DNA of 64,000 bases. Origin: Candidatus Omnitrophota bacterium (lineage in GTDB: Bacteria > Omnitrophota > Omnitrophia > Omnitrophales > Aquincolibacteriaceae). The notes under the pieces were generated by a model that was given only the letters and a program-made list of their open reading frames with translations, did no database searches and was not told where the DNA came from. Location: positions 20,390 through 84,389 of the forward strand of contig JBAYGD010000006.1 of assembly GCA_041666865.1 (NCBI GenBank), read 5' to 3'. A program made the position numbers and the translations under genes. Position 1 is the first letter of the stretch. Every line of letters starts with the position of its first letter. Shown one piece after another: positions 8,311 through 16,597 of this stretch.

Positions 8311-9786
8311 TTGAAACTGGTTTTCGGGTTTCCGAAGAACAAAAAAAAACCGGCGGTTCTCGCGGGAGAGGACTTGGTCTGCGTCAATCTCCAGGACCAG
8401 GAGGCCAAGGTCGCCGTTATCACTTCGAAATTGCAGGGCGACAGGCAGGTCAGCCAATTCTTGAGCTTCAGCGGCCAGGTCCCTTCCGCGGACGATCTGT
8501 CGGACCGTGTGTATGCCGCGCTCCAGCAGCTTCCTTTGAAAAATCCGAAGTTCGTCGGGGTGGTTTCCTCCAACCTCGTCGTGACCCGCAATATCGAAAT
8601 CCCGTCGCGCGATCCGGACGAAATTCGGGAAATCCTGAGCCTCCAGGCGTCCCGGCATACCCCTTACGCTCGCGACGAGATCATCATTGATTATATCAAT
8701 CTCGGAGTTTTCAAGAGCGTCTACACCAAAGTCCTTTTTATCATCGTCCCGAGGACGGTGGCCGCCCGCTACTATAATTTGGCCACCCGCCTCCGCTGGA
8801 GGATCGAGAAGATCGTTTTTATTTCGGAGGCGCTCGCCCGGTTTTTCTGCAAGCACCTGAACCTAGGGGGCGAACGCTTGCCGATTTGCATCCTGCAGGT
8901 GGATTCGACTGTCACCGAATTCGTCATCATGTTCCGGGGAGCCGCGCTCTTTGCCCGGAGCATTCCTGTTGGGGCCAAGCATTTTGCCGTGGCCAAGGAG
9001 GGGTATCAGGCCCGCTTTACCGAAGAGCTGAGGCGCTCCTTTGATACCTATCAGGGCGAGAATATCGACGCCATGCCCTCCCAAGTCCTGCTCACGGGCG
9101 CGATCCAGGGGCTCGACGACCTGAGTTTTACGATCGAGGATACGTTCCGTATGACGGTTAGACGGCTCACGGATCTCAACATGATTTCGATGGATGCCGA
9201 AGTCAAGGCGCAATGCGCGGGGCAGAATCTGGCGGTCCTTTCGGCGGCTGCGCCCGGGCTCCTCGTCGACGAACTGGCGGTGGATTTGAGCCCGGAGGAA
9301 AGCAGGCTCAAACGCCGCATGGAAGAAAGGTCGAAGGAGCTGATCAAAGCCGGCGTGCTCGGGATGGTGCTTCTGGGCCTTTTGTGCGTTTCGTTTGCGA
9401 GCCATATCTATCTGAAGACGGCACGGCTGGATCAGCTGACCAAGCGGTATGAGCCCATTCGCAAAGAAACGAAGTCGCTGGAAGAAACGTACGCCCGGGT
9501 CCGGGCGGTGAAGGGCCATTTGGCGGGGCGGGGGAAGGCCCTCAATTCCCTTGCCGAGCTTTGCTCGCTTCTTCCCAACGACATCTATCTGGCCGACATC
9601 AAATACGATACCGGCGGAAAAATGACGATCAAGGGGACCTCCTACACCAAGATTTCGATCTTCGGCTTGGTCGATAAAATGGGGAGCTCCAAGATTTTCA
9701 GGAATGTCCAAACCAAATATATTACCGGAAGGTCGGAAGAAGGCCTTGCTCTTTCCGATTTCGAAATCGCCACGACCGTGACCTGA
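8311..9786 (+). CDS. GspL-like inner-membrane assembly protein built as a PilM-like actin-fold cytoplasmic domain, a TM segment and a PilN-like periplasmic domain
   Basis: 491 aa. N-terminal ~330 aa are PilM/FtsA-like. The TM segment is LIKAGVLGMVLLGLLCVSF. The C-terminal domain is coiled-coil plus a PilN-like fold. Confidence 0.65.
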   Translation: MKLVFGFPKNKKKPAVLAGEDLVCVNLQDQEAKVAVITSKLQGDRQVSQFLSFSGQVPSADDLSDRVYAALQQLPLKNPKFVGVVSSNLVVTRNIEIPSRDPDEIREILSLQASRHTPYARDEIIIDYINLGVFKSVYTKVLFIIVPRTVAARYYNLATRLRWRIEKIVFISEALARFFCKHLNLGGERLPICILQVDSTVTEFVIMFRGAALFARSIPVGAKHFAVAKEGYQARFTEELRRSFDTYQGENIDAMPSQVLLTGAIQGLDDLSFTIEDTFRMTVRRLTDLNMISMDAEVKAQCAGQNLAVLSAAAPGLLVDELAVDLSPEESRLKRRMEERSKELIKAGVLGMVLLGLLCVSFASHIYLKTARLDQLTKRYEPIRKETKSLEETYARVRAVKGHLAGRGKALNSLAELCSLLPNDIYLADIKYDTGGKMTIKGTSYTKISIFGLVDKMGSSKIFRNVQTKYITGRSEEGLALSDFEIATTVT

Positions 9787-9795
9787 AAAGGAACC

Positions 9796-10362
9796 ATGAA
9801 GCTGATTGATTTCAATAAGCTGGCTGAGCATTATCAGCGCATGTCGAAGCGCGAAAAGCTGATTCTTATCGTGACGGCGACGTTTGTCGCCATCTTTCTC
9901 CTCGACCAGGTGATTATCGGCCCCGTTTACCGCACCCTGCGGTCGGTGGACCGCAAGATCATCGATTTGGAGGCCAATATCAAGCAAAGCATCCGCTTGC
10001 TCGGACAGAAGGAACAGATGATGAAGGAGGCCGAATACTACGCCGATTTTGCGCACTCGGCGAAATCCTCCGAGGAAGGGACGCTGGTCCTCCTCAAGCA
10101 CATCCAGGAAATTGCAAGCCAGGTTTCGGTCAATCTTCTCTATGTGAAGCCCGCCGGGGGAGGCCCTGAAAACAAGGAGTCGAACATTTACCGGGTCAAC
10201 CTGGAATGCGAAGGACAAATGGACCAGATCGTGAACTTTTTCTATGCGATCGAGAACTCGAAAATGCTGATGCAGCTCGAGAAGTTTTCCCTTCAACCGG
10301 TCGCCAAAGGGTCCAGCGTCATCCGCTGCAGTGCCACCGTGGCGCTGACCGGAGTGCCCTAG
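9796..10362 (+). CDS. GspM/PilO-like inner-membrane protein
   Basis: 188 aa. One N-terminal TM (LILIVTATFVAIFLL) followed by a coiled coil and a periplasmic alpha/beta domain. Sits directly after the GspL-like gene. Confidence 0.6.
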   Translation: MKLIDFNKLAEHYQRMSKREKLILIVTATFVAIFLLDQVIIGPVYRTLRSVDRKIIDLEANIKQSIRLLGQKEQMMKEAEYYADFAHSAKSSEEGTLVLLKHIQEIASQVSVNLLYVKPAGGGPENKESNIYRVNLECEGQMDQIVNFFYAIENSKMLMQLEKFSLQPVAKGSSVIRCSATVALTGVP

Positions 10363-10370
10363 CCCGAAGA

Positions 10371-11006
10371 TCAGGCCGCGGGCCGGTTCATGCGATTTTC
10401 GAGCGCGCGGGCAAGATCGTTCCTATTCATTTTCTTGAATTCTTCGATCTGGGCGGAAGCGGAGGCGCGGTCTCCTTGGCTTAGAAACGCTCCGACGAGG
10501 GCGACCCGAGCGTTATCCAGATACGCGTTGAGCTCGAGGGCTTTTTGGTAGGAGGCCACCGCTTCTTTGAGCTCCCCCAGAGAAGCGTAGGCGAGTCCGA
10601 GCTGATAGTGGGCGGCGAAACTGTCGGGATTGGCTTTGAGGGCTCCGAGGAAAGACGTCACGGCGTCCTTGGGCTCTTTACGGGCGGCGTGAATCAGGCC
10701 GAGCTGATAGAGCGGGGCATACTCTCCGGGCGCGGCCTCGAGCACCTGCTTGGCATAGGTCAGTGCCTGTTCGAGGTCGCCGGAGCGCGCGAAGCAAAGG
10801 CTCAGCAGGGATTTCACCCGGATGCTCCCGGGGTCGGCCTCGAGGGCTTTTTCGTATTGAATCAGGGCTTCGGGAATCTTTTTTTCGGCGACAAGCTTGT
10901 TCCCTTCGGTGATGTACGGTTCGGCATCGGCGGCGGAGGCCGGAGCTTTTGCCGCAAAGCAGAGGCAGGAGACGATGAGAATCGCGGTGAAAAGTCCGAG
11001 TTTCAT
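10371..11006 (-). CDS. TPR-repeat lipoprotein (PilF/PilW-like secretin pilotin candidate)
   Basis: Track ORF trimmed to MKLGLFTAILIVSC (signal peptide with LIVSC lipobox). At least 4 TPR units. Confidence 0.65.
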   Translation of the reverse strand: MKLGLFTAILIVSCLCFAAKAPASAADAEPYITEGNKLVAEKKIPEALIQYEKALEADPGSIRVKSLLSLCFARSGDLEQALTYAKQVLEAAPGEYAPLYQLGLIHAARKEPKDAVTSFLGALKANPDSFAAHYQLGLAYASLGELKEAVASYQKALELNAYLDNARVALVGAFLSQGDRASASAQIEEFKKMNRNDLARALENRMNRPAA

Positions 11007-11061
11007 GGGACGTCCTTTCAATGGGTGAAAAATGATAGCACACTTGGGAAGGGGTGTTAAG

Positions 11062-11433
11062 ATGAAAAACGTACAGGGACTCATTCTCATCCTGTTTTGT
11101 GTTTGTCTTTTTCCCTGTCAGCCGGCGGCGCGCGGGCAAGTTCAGGAGAAGGACGTGGAGCCTGCCGACATCGTCGAGAGCAAACCGGACGCAACGGATC
11201 CCGTCTATCTCCTGGTCACGACCAGGGACCGGCAGCATTTCCGGATCCCCAAGGACATGCAGTTGAAGAAAAAGGGGAATGTCTACTTTTTCGAGCCGAT
11301 GGAAAGCTACGTTTTCAAGCGGACGGTCGAGATGAAGGACGATGTCGACGCGATCAAGAAGCGGCTTGCCCTCATTGAGGAACGGCTCGGGATTATGCCG
11401 GAACAGGAAGATACGGACGCTAAAGCGGTTTGA
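11062..11433 (+). CDS. Small secreted hypothetical protein
   Basis: Track ORF 11032..11433 trimmed to MKNVQGLILILFCVCLF (signal peptide). GGAAGGGG RBS upstream. 123 aa. Confidence 0.5.
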   Translation: MKNVQGLILILFCVCLFPCQPAARGQVQEKDVEPADIVESKPDATDPVYLLVTTRDRQHFRIPKDMQLKKKGNVYFFEPMESYVFKRTVEMKDDVDAIKKRLALIEERLGIMPEQEDTDAKAV

Positions 11434-12937
11434 CGGCAGCGGCCGGGGCCGCCTGGTGAACCGGGATCTCAAAAATGAAACGTGCTCCTTTTCCTTCCTC
11501 GCTTTCCACCCACACCCGCCCGTGGTGCAGTTCCACGATTTCTTTGACGATCGAAAGCCCGAGGCCCGTGCCGCTAATTCCCTGAAGGCTGGGTGTGTCG
11601 AGCTGCACGAATTTCTCGAAGATCCTCGCGCAGTCTTTCTTGGCGATCCCGGGCCCCGTGTCCCGGATGCCGATGCGGACCGTTTTGGCTTGCGGGATCG
11701 CTTTGGCATCGATCGTGACCTTGCCTCCTTCTGGGGTGAACTTCAGGGCATTGCCGACCAGATTCGTCAGGACCTGCCCGATCCTGTCCTGATCCGCTTC
11801 GATCTCGAGAGGCTCCGGGAGGTCGAGCTCGATCGTCACTCCCTTGCTTTTGCCCCAGGCCGTAAATTCATGCGACAGGGAGCCGATGAATTCGTCGAGA
11901 CGGAACGGCGCCAAGCGGATCGAAAACTGCTTGGCCTCCAGCTTGGAGAGGTCCAGGAGGTCGTTGATCAGACGGGTCAGCCGGTTGATGTTATTGAGGG
12001 CGATGGTGGCGAACTTTTCCTGCTGGGGATTGAGCGCGCCGTTCGAGGGGTCGGCCAAAAGCCGCAGCGATCCCTGGATGCAGACCATCGGGGTCCTCAG
12101 GTCATGGGAAATATTGGAGAGGAAAGTCGATTTGAGCTGATCCAGCTCTTTTTGCTTGGTGACGTCGGAAAGCACCGAAACGAAGCCGACCGTTTTCCCG
12201 TCTTCGCTCTCGATGACGGCGTTGCTTGCGCGCAGGACCTTTTTGGTTTGGTCGCTCTGGCTCTGGATGACGATCTCTTTCTCTTTTCTGTCTCCGGCCT
12301 CCTGGGACAAGCTGATCAACTGCTCTTCCTTGAGATCGCTCATGATCGACTTGCCGATTTTGTCGTTTTTATTCACGCCGAGCAGTCTTTCGGCGGCGGG
12401 GTTCATGAGAATGACCTCGCCCTTCTTATTGACCATGATGACGCCCTCGGCCATGGAGCGGACGACCTCTTCGGTTTGCTTCTTCTCTTCCCCGAGCTCC
12501 TTGAAATTTGTGTCCAGCTTTTGATACTGTTCGCTGACGCTCTTGAACTGTTTTTCCACGAAGGCGATGGATTTTTCCTTTTCATCGAGCATGTGGCTGT
12601 AACGCGTGCTGATCTCCTCGGCCTTCACCTGGAGTTTTTTTTCCACTTCCTGCTCGATCGTGTGGCTGATCTTCTGCTTGAGGGCGCTGATCTGATGGGA
12701 GGGGCCGTGGAGGTATTTTTCGAGCTCGCCTTCGAGGGTGGGGGCGGGGGCACTCTCAAACTGTATTTTGGCGGCTTTTTGCTCGGCGGCGTGGCGTTTG
12801 GCGGCGTTATGGGCCAAGATGATTCCTGAACCCACCGCAAGAAGGATGATGACGAGAAAGCCTAGGACGACAGGTTCCAAAAAACCCCCTTTCCGCTCTC
12901 TTTTTTTGTTCTTTGGGACAAATCGCCTATTTGACAT
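11420..12937 (-). CDS. Sensor histidine kinase (TM, coiled coil, PAS, HisKA, HATPase_c)
   Basis: N-terminal TM helix. PAS region (MAEGVIMVNKKGEVILMNPAAERLLG). H-box SHDLRTP. G-boxes DTGPGI and GTGLGLSIVKEIV. Confidence 0.85.
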   Translation of the reverse strand: MSNRRFVPKNKKRERKGGFLEPVVLGFLVIILLAVGSGIILAHNAAKRHAAEQKAAKIQFESAPAPTLEGELEKYLHGPSHQISALKQKISHTIEQEVEKKLQVKAEEISTRYSHMLDEKEKSIAFVEKQFKSVSEQYQKLDTNFKELGEEKKQTEEVVRSMAEGVIMVNKKGEVILMNPAAERLLGVNKNDKIGKSIMSDLKEEQLISLSQEAGDRKEKEIVIQSQSDQTKKVLRASNAVIESEDGKTVGFVSVLSDVTKQKELDQLKSTFLSNISHDLRTPMVCIQGSLRLLADPSNGALNPQQEKFATIALNNINRLTRLINDLLDLSKLEAKQFSIRLAPFRLDEFIGSLSHEFTAWGKSKGVTIELDLPEPLEIEADQDRIGQVLTNLVGNALKFTPEGGKVTIDAKAIPQAKTVRIGIRDTGPGIAKKDCARIFEKFVQLDTPSLQGISGTGLGLSIVKEIVELHHGRVWVESEEGKGARFIFEIPVHQAAPAAAVKPL

Positions 12938-12940
12938 AGA

Positions 12941-12966
12941 GCACTTAAGGTAAATACTTTAAGTGC
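12941..12966. promoter_or_regulatory. Perfect 8-bp inverted repeat GCACTTAA-N10-TTAAGTGC in the divergent intergenic region, candidate operator
   Basis: Read directly in the 71-bp gap between the kinase start (12937, minus strand) and the HTH gene start (13009). A TATTAT -10-like hexamer lies at 12975-12980. Confidence 0.45.
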
Positions 12967-13008
12967 CGTAATTGTATTATAACAGAAATCCTTCGGAAGG
13001 GAAAAGCG

Positions 13009-13263
13009 ATGAATACCATGACGGCCGAGGTTTTGAGCGCGCAGGAAATTTGCGAAAAACTCGATATTCCGTATTCCAAAATCAATTATTACACGTACCT
13101 TGGTTTTTTCGAAATCGCCCGGAAGGTCGGCAATAAGCGGTTCTACGACGGCGAACAGGTGGAAAGCCGGTTCCGAGCGATCTCGCGGCTCATGAACGAG
13201 GGCTATCCGCTCTCGCTCATCCGCAAGAAACTGATCGGGGGGCGCGGCGATGGGCTACTATAA
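13009..13263 (+). CDS. Small MerR-family HTH DNA-binding protein without effector domain (BldC/excisionase-like)
   Basis: 84 aa. LSAQEICEKLDIPYSKINYYTYLGF matches the MerR-type [18 protein letters not shown]. Overlaps the downstream gene by 14 nt. Confidence 0.6.
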   Translation: MNTMTAEVLSAQEICEKLDIPYSKINYYTYLGFFEIARKVGNKRFYDGEQVESRFRAISRLMNEGYPLSLIRKKLIGGRGDGLL

Positions 13264-14113
13264 GGTTCTCGGTTTCCAGAAAGAGCCGTTTTCGACAAGC
13301 CCCGACCCCGATTTCTTTTACCTCTCAAAGGCGCATGATGCGGCCCTGACCAATATCCTGATCGAATTGCGGCTCAAGCGCGGTTTGGCCGTCATTTTAG
13401 GGGACGTCGGGACCGGCAAGACGACACTTTCCAGGAAGCTCATTCAGGAACTGAAAAGCCGCGAAGACTGCCTTTTCCACATGATTCTCGACCCTTCCTT
13501 CGACGATCCGCTCCTCTTGTTGAGCTATATCTCCAAGAACTTCGGGATCCCAGTGGGCCCGAACGCCTCGATTTTGTCGCTTCGGGAATCGCTCGAGCAA
13601 TTCCTCTTCGAAAAGGCCGTCGTCGAGGGTAAGACCGTGGCCCTGATCGTCGACGAGGCCCAGAAGCTGAGCGACTCCTCGCTCGAGAATCTCCGGGTCC
13701 TGCTGAACTATGAGACCAACGAGTTCAAAATGCTGCAGCTTGTCCTGCTCGGACAGCTGGAACTTCAGTCCAAGATCAAGGAGATCGCTAATTTCTTTGA
13801 CCGGATCAGCTACAAAGGCAAACTCGAAGCGCTGGACTTTTCCGAAATGAAAGAAATGATCTTTTTCCGGATCCGCCGGGCGGGTTATGACTCCGACATG
13901 AACCTTTTTCTGGACGAGGCTCTGCATGGGATCCATGAATCGACGGGCGGCCATCCCCGGCAGGTGACCATGCTTTGCCATCGGGCTCTGAAGTCTTTAT
14001 TGCTCAAGAACAAACTCGTCGTGGATTCGCAGATCATCGAAGAGTTGATAGAAGAGGATGCGAGGACGGGATGGCAGAGAACGAGCCTCTTACTCCAGAA
14101 AAACAGCTATTAA
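13250..14113 (+). CDS. GspA/ExeA-like AAA+ ATPase (type II secretion accessory)
   Basis: Walker A GDVGTGKTTL and Walker B IVDEAQ. ExeA/MshM family architecture. No C-terminal peptidoglycan-binding domain. Confidence 0.7.
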   Translation: MGYYKVLGFQKEPFSTSPDPDFFYLSKAHDAALTNILIELRLKRGLAVILGDVGTGKTTLSRKLIQELKSREDCLFHMILDPSFDDPLLLLSYISKNFGIPVGPNASILSLRESLEQFLFEKAVVEGKTVALIVDEAQKLSDSSLENLRVLLNYETNEFKMLQLVLLGQLELQSKIKEIANFFDRISYKGKLEALDFSEMKEMIFFRIRRAGYDSDMNLFLDEALHGIHESTGGHPRQVTMLCHRALKSLLLKNKLVVDSQIIEELIEEDARTGWQRTSLLLQKNSY

Positions 14114-14775
14114 AGCTCATTGAAAATCCGAAGCAAGCCTCCGTTAGGGCCGCAAGCGTCAAACGGGAGGGAAGGAAATGGTTTTCCCTCGGCGCGTTCA
14201 AAGGACGCCTGGATTTTTGGAAGAGTTTTTCGGTCCGAAAGCCGGCCGTGCAGAAAAGGACGGGAAAGGAAGCCAACCGCATCCGGCGGCTGAACGCGGT
14301 CCTTTGGGTCCTGCTCATTTTCATGGCGGGTTACACGGCCTACAGCCTTTGGGACATGACGACGGGGATCCGGAAGGCATCGAACCTCATTCTGAACCCG
14401 GACCGGAGCGTCGCGGAACCGAAGGAGCCGGAGATCCGGCTGCAAGACGTGGCTTTTTACCTGGAGAAGATCCGGAGTCGAAATATTTTCAATGCCGCGC
14501 CCCCGGAAGCGAAACCGGAGAGGAAAAAAGAGGACGGAGAGCCCGTGACGGACGAGAAGCCGCTCCAGGCCCAAGACGACGAAGCGACCAAGAATTTTTC
14601 GCTGGTGGGGATTGCGTGGTCGGACGATCCGGAAGCGATGATCGAAGACAAGGCGGCAAGCCGGACCCTCTTCGTAAGGCGCGGCCAGTCGCTTCCCAAC
14701 GGCGTGCGGGTGGTGACGATTTTCAAGGAAAAAATCATTTTGAGTTATAAAGGCAAGGAATTCGAACTCAGTTAA
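14071..14775 (+). CDS. GspB/GspC-like bitopic protein (cytoplasmic N-terminus, TM, Lys/Glu-rich linker, C-terminal secretin-binding HR-like domain; no PDZ)
   Basis: Track ORF trimmed to MAENEP (RBS GAGGACGGG). TM segment LNAVLWVLLIFMAGYTAYSLW. C-terminus FSLVGIAW...GVRVVTIFKEKIILSYKGKEFEL fits the GspC HR / PilP pattern. Confidence 0.55.
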   Translation: MAENEPLTPEKQLLKLIENPKQASVRAASVKREGRKWFSLGAFKGRLDFWKSFSVRKPAVQKRTGKEANRIRRLNAVLWVLLIFMAGYTAYSLWDMTTGIRKASNLILNPDRSVAEPKEPEIRLQDVAFYLEKIRSRNIFNAAPPEAKPERKKEDGEPVTDEKPLQAQDDEATKNFSLVGIAWSDDPEAMIEDKAASRTLFVRRGQSLPNGVRVVTIFKEKIILSYKGKEFELS

Positions 14776-14794
14776 CGTTTGAGAGGCCCGGAAA

Positions 14795-16597
14795 ATGAAA
14801 CGGCTCGGCCGGAGTGCGATCAAGGGTGCGTGGGTGACGCTTCTCGCCGTCTGCCTCAGCCTCGGGGGCGTGAGCGGTTTTGCGGCTGATGAACCGGCGC
14901 CTGACGGAAACGCCGAAGGCCAGGGGGATGGAGCGATTCAGCCGCCGGATCTGAGCGACGAAACGCCCGTCAAGGAGATCGATGTGACCGAAGGCCGGAT
15001 CTCGTTGGACCTGCGCAACATCGAGGTCTCCGAGGCCCTCCGTTTTCTGGCGACCCGCGGCAAGCTTAACCTTGTGATCAGCAAGACCGTTGCGGGACGG
15101 ATTTTTCTTGTTTTGAACAATGTTCCCGTCATGGACGCCTTCGACATCATCCTCCTCAGCAATGCTCTCGCCTACGATAAACAAGGTGAGATCTACCAGA
15201 TCATGACGGACCAGGAATACAAAACGAAGTACGGCAGGGATTTTTCGGACCCCCGGACGGTCCGCATCTACCGGCTCCAATACGCCCTGCCGGAGCGCGT
15301 TTTTGCCGCGGTCGAGGCCCTCAAGAGCGAAATCGGCCGCGTTCTCGTGGACCAGGAATCCGGAACCGTGTTCGTCATGGACACAGCGGAGAAGATCGCC
15401 GAGATCGACAAGGTCGTCGACATCCTCGAGCAGAAAAGGATCGTCCGGGCTTTTCCGCTCCAGTACGCGAAAGTCAAAGACATCGAAGACCGGCTGAAGG
15501 CCCAGCTGGATAGTAAGGGCGTCGGCACGGTTCAGTCCGACGAACGAACCAATCAGCTGATCGTGCAGACCTACCCGGAGCGCCTCAAGCAAATCGAAGA
15601 GCTCATCGCTTCGCTGGACAAAAAAACGAAGGAAGTCCTCATCGTCTCCAAGATCATTCGTGTGACGCTTGCCGATGATTTTCATGCCGAAATCAAGTGG
15701 GAAGGCATGTTCCAAGGGCTGCTCCGTGACGGGAGTTTTATCGGCAACCACGAGCTCGATCCCGTGAACCGGGGGCTGATCGGGCAAAGCTATCTCGACG
15801 ATTACTATAAAGTGGACATTGACAAGACGGAACGGATGATCGCGGGCCCCAAGAGCACGCTTTTGGAAAACCTGGTCATCGGCCAAAAGCTCGACGACAA
15901 GACGTTTGAAACGCTGATCAACTTTTTGCGGACGATCGGCGAGACGCGGGTGCTGGCAAGCCCGAGGATCATGGTGGTCAATAACCAGGAAGCCAAGATC
16001 CACGTCGGCGAACGCCAGGCGTATATTACGAGCACGACCACGACCGGAAGTTCGACGGCGACCACCGCCGAAGAAGTCAACTTCATCGACGTCGGGATCG
16101 AGCTTGCCGTCACGCCGACGATCAACGACAACGGTTACGTCAGCATGAAGATCAAGCCGGTCATTTCGACCGTCAAAGAGTTTTTGCAAACAGCCTCGGG
16201 CAACAAGATTCCGATCGTGGACACTTCTGAAGCCGAGACCAGCGTCATGGTCAAGGACGGGACGACGATCGTGATCGCGGGACTTCGCCGGGACGAGTGG
16301 CAGATCAACGACGATCAGGTTCCCTTTTTGGGGGACGTGCCGATCCTCGGCCGGCTTTTTAAATCGAATTCTAAAAGCAAAAGACGGACCGAGGTCCTAG
16401 TGATCCTTACGCCGACCATCACGGGCGGCGAAAAGTTCGACATGGGCGAGCCGACCTCCCTTGACTATGATATGAAGAGCTACCGGGAGTATTCGGACCT
16501 CAAGCTGGAAGGGGAAAAGCCTGAGGCCGTCCCGCCGGGCCAACCCGGATTTTTCAACCGCGTTCTCAAAAAGATGCACGTTCCTGCCCATGATTAG
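14795..16597 (+). CDS. gspD: Secretin (GspD/PilQ family)
   Basis: Signal peptide, N0/N1-like domains and a C-terminal secretin domain (VLASPRIMVVNNQEAKIHVG ... VPFLGDVPILGRLF ... VLVILTPTI). Confidence 0.85.
   Translation: MKRLGRSAIKGAWVTLLAVCLSLGGVSGFAADEPAPDGNAEGQGDGAIQPPDLSDETPVKEIDVTEGRISLDLRNIEVSEALRFLATRGKLNLVISKTVAGRIFLVLNNVPVMDAFDIILLSNALAYDKQGEIYQIMTDQEYKTKYGRDFSDPRTVRIYRLQYALPERVFAAVEALKSEIGRVLVDQESGTVFVMDTAEKIAEIDKVVDILEQKRIVRAFPLQYAKVKDIEDRLKAQLDSKGVGTVQSDERTNQLIVQTYPERLKQIEELIASLDKKTKEVLIVSKIIRVTLADDFHAEIKWEGMFQGLLRDGSFIGNHELDPVNRGLIGQSYLDDYYKVDIDKTERMIAGPKSTLLENLVIGQKLDDKTFETLINFLRTIGETRVLASPRIMVVNNQEAKIHVGERQAYITSTTTTGSSTATTAEEVNFIDVGIELAVTPTINDNGYVSMKIKPVISTVKEFLQTASGNKIPIVDTSEAETSVMVKDGTTIVIAGLRRDEWQINDDQVPFLGDVPILGRLFKSNSKSKRRTEVLVILTPTITGGEKFDMGEPTSLDYDMKSYREYSDLKLEGEKPEAVPPGQPGFFNRVLKKMHVPAHD

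Noticed and set aside
12931-12936. TTGACA hexamer as a -35 element
   Set aside because: Its complement supplies the ATG start codon (12935-12937) of the minus-strand kinase. It may be coincidental, so no promoter was called on it.
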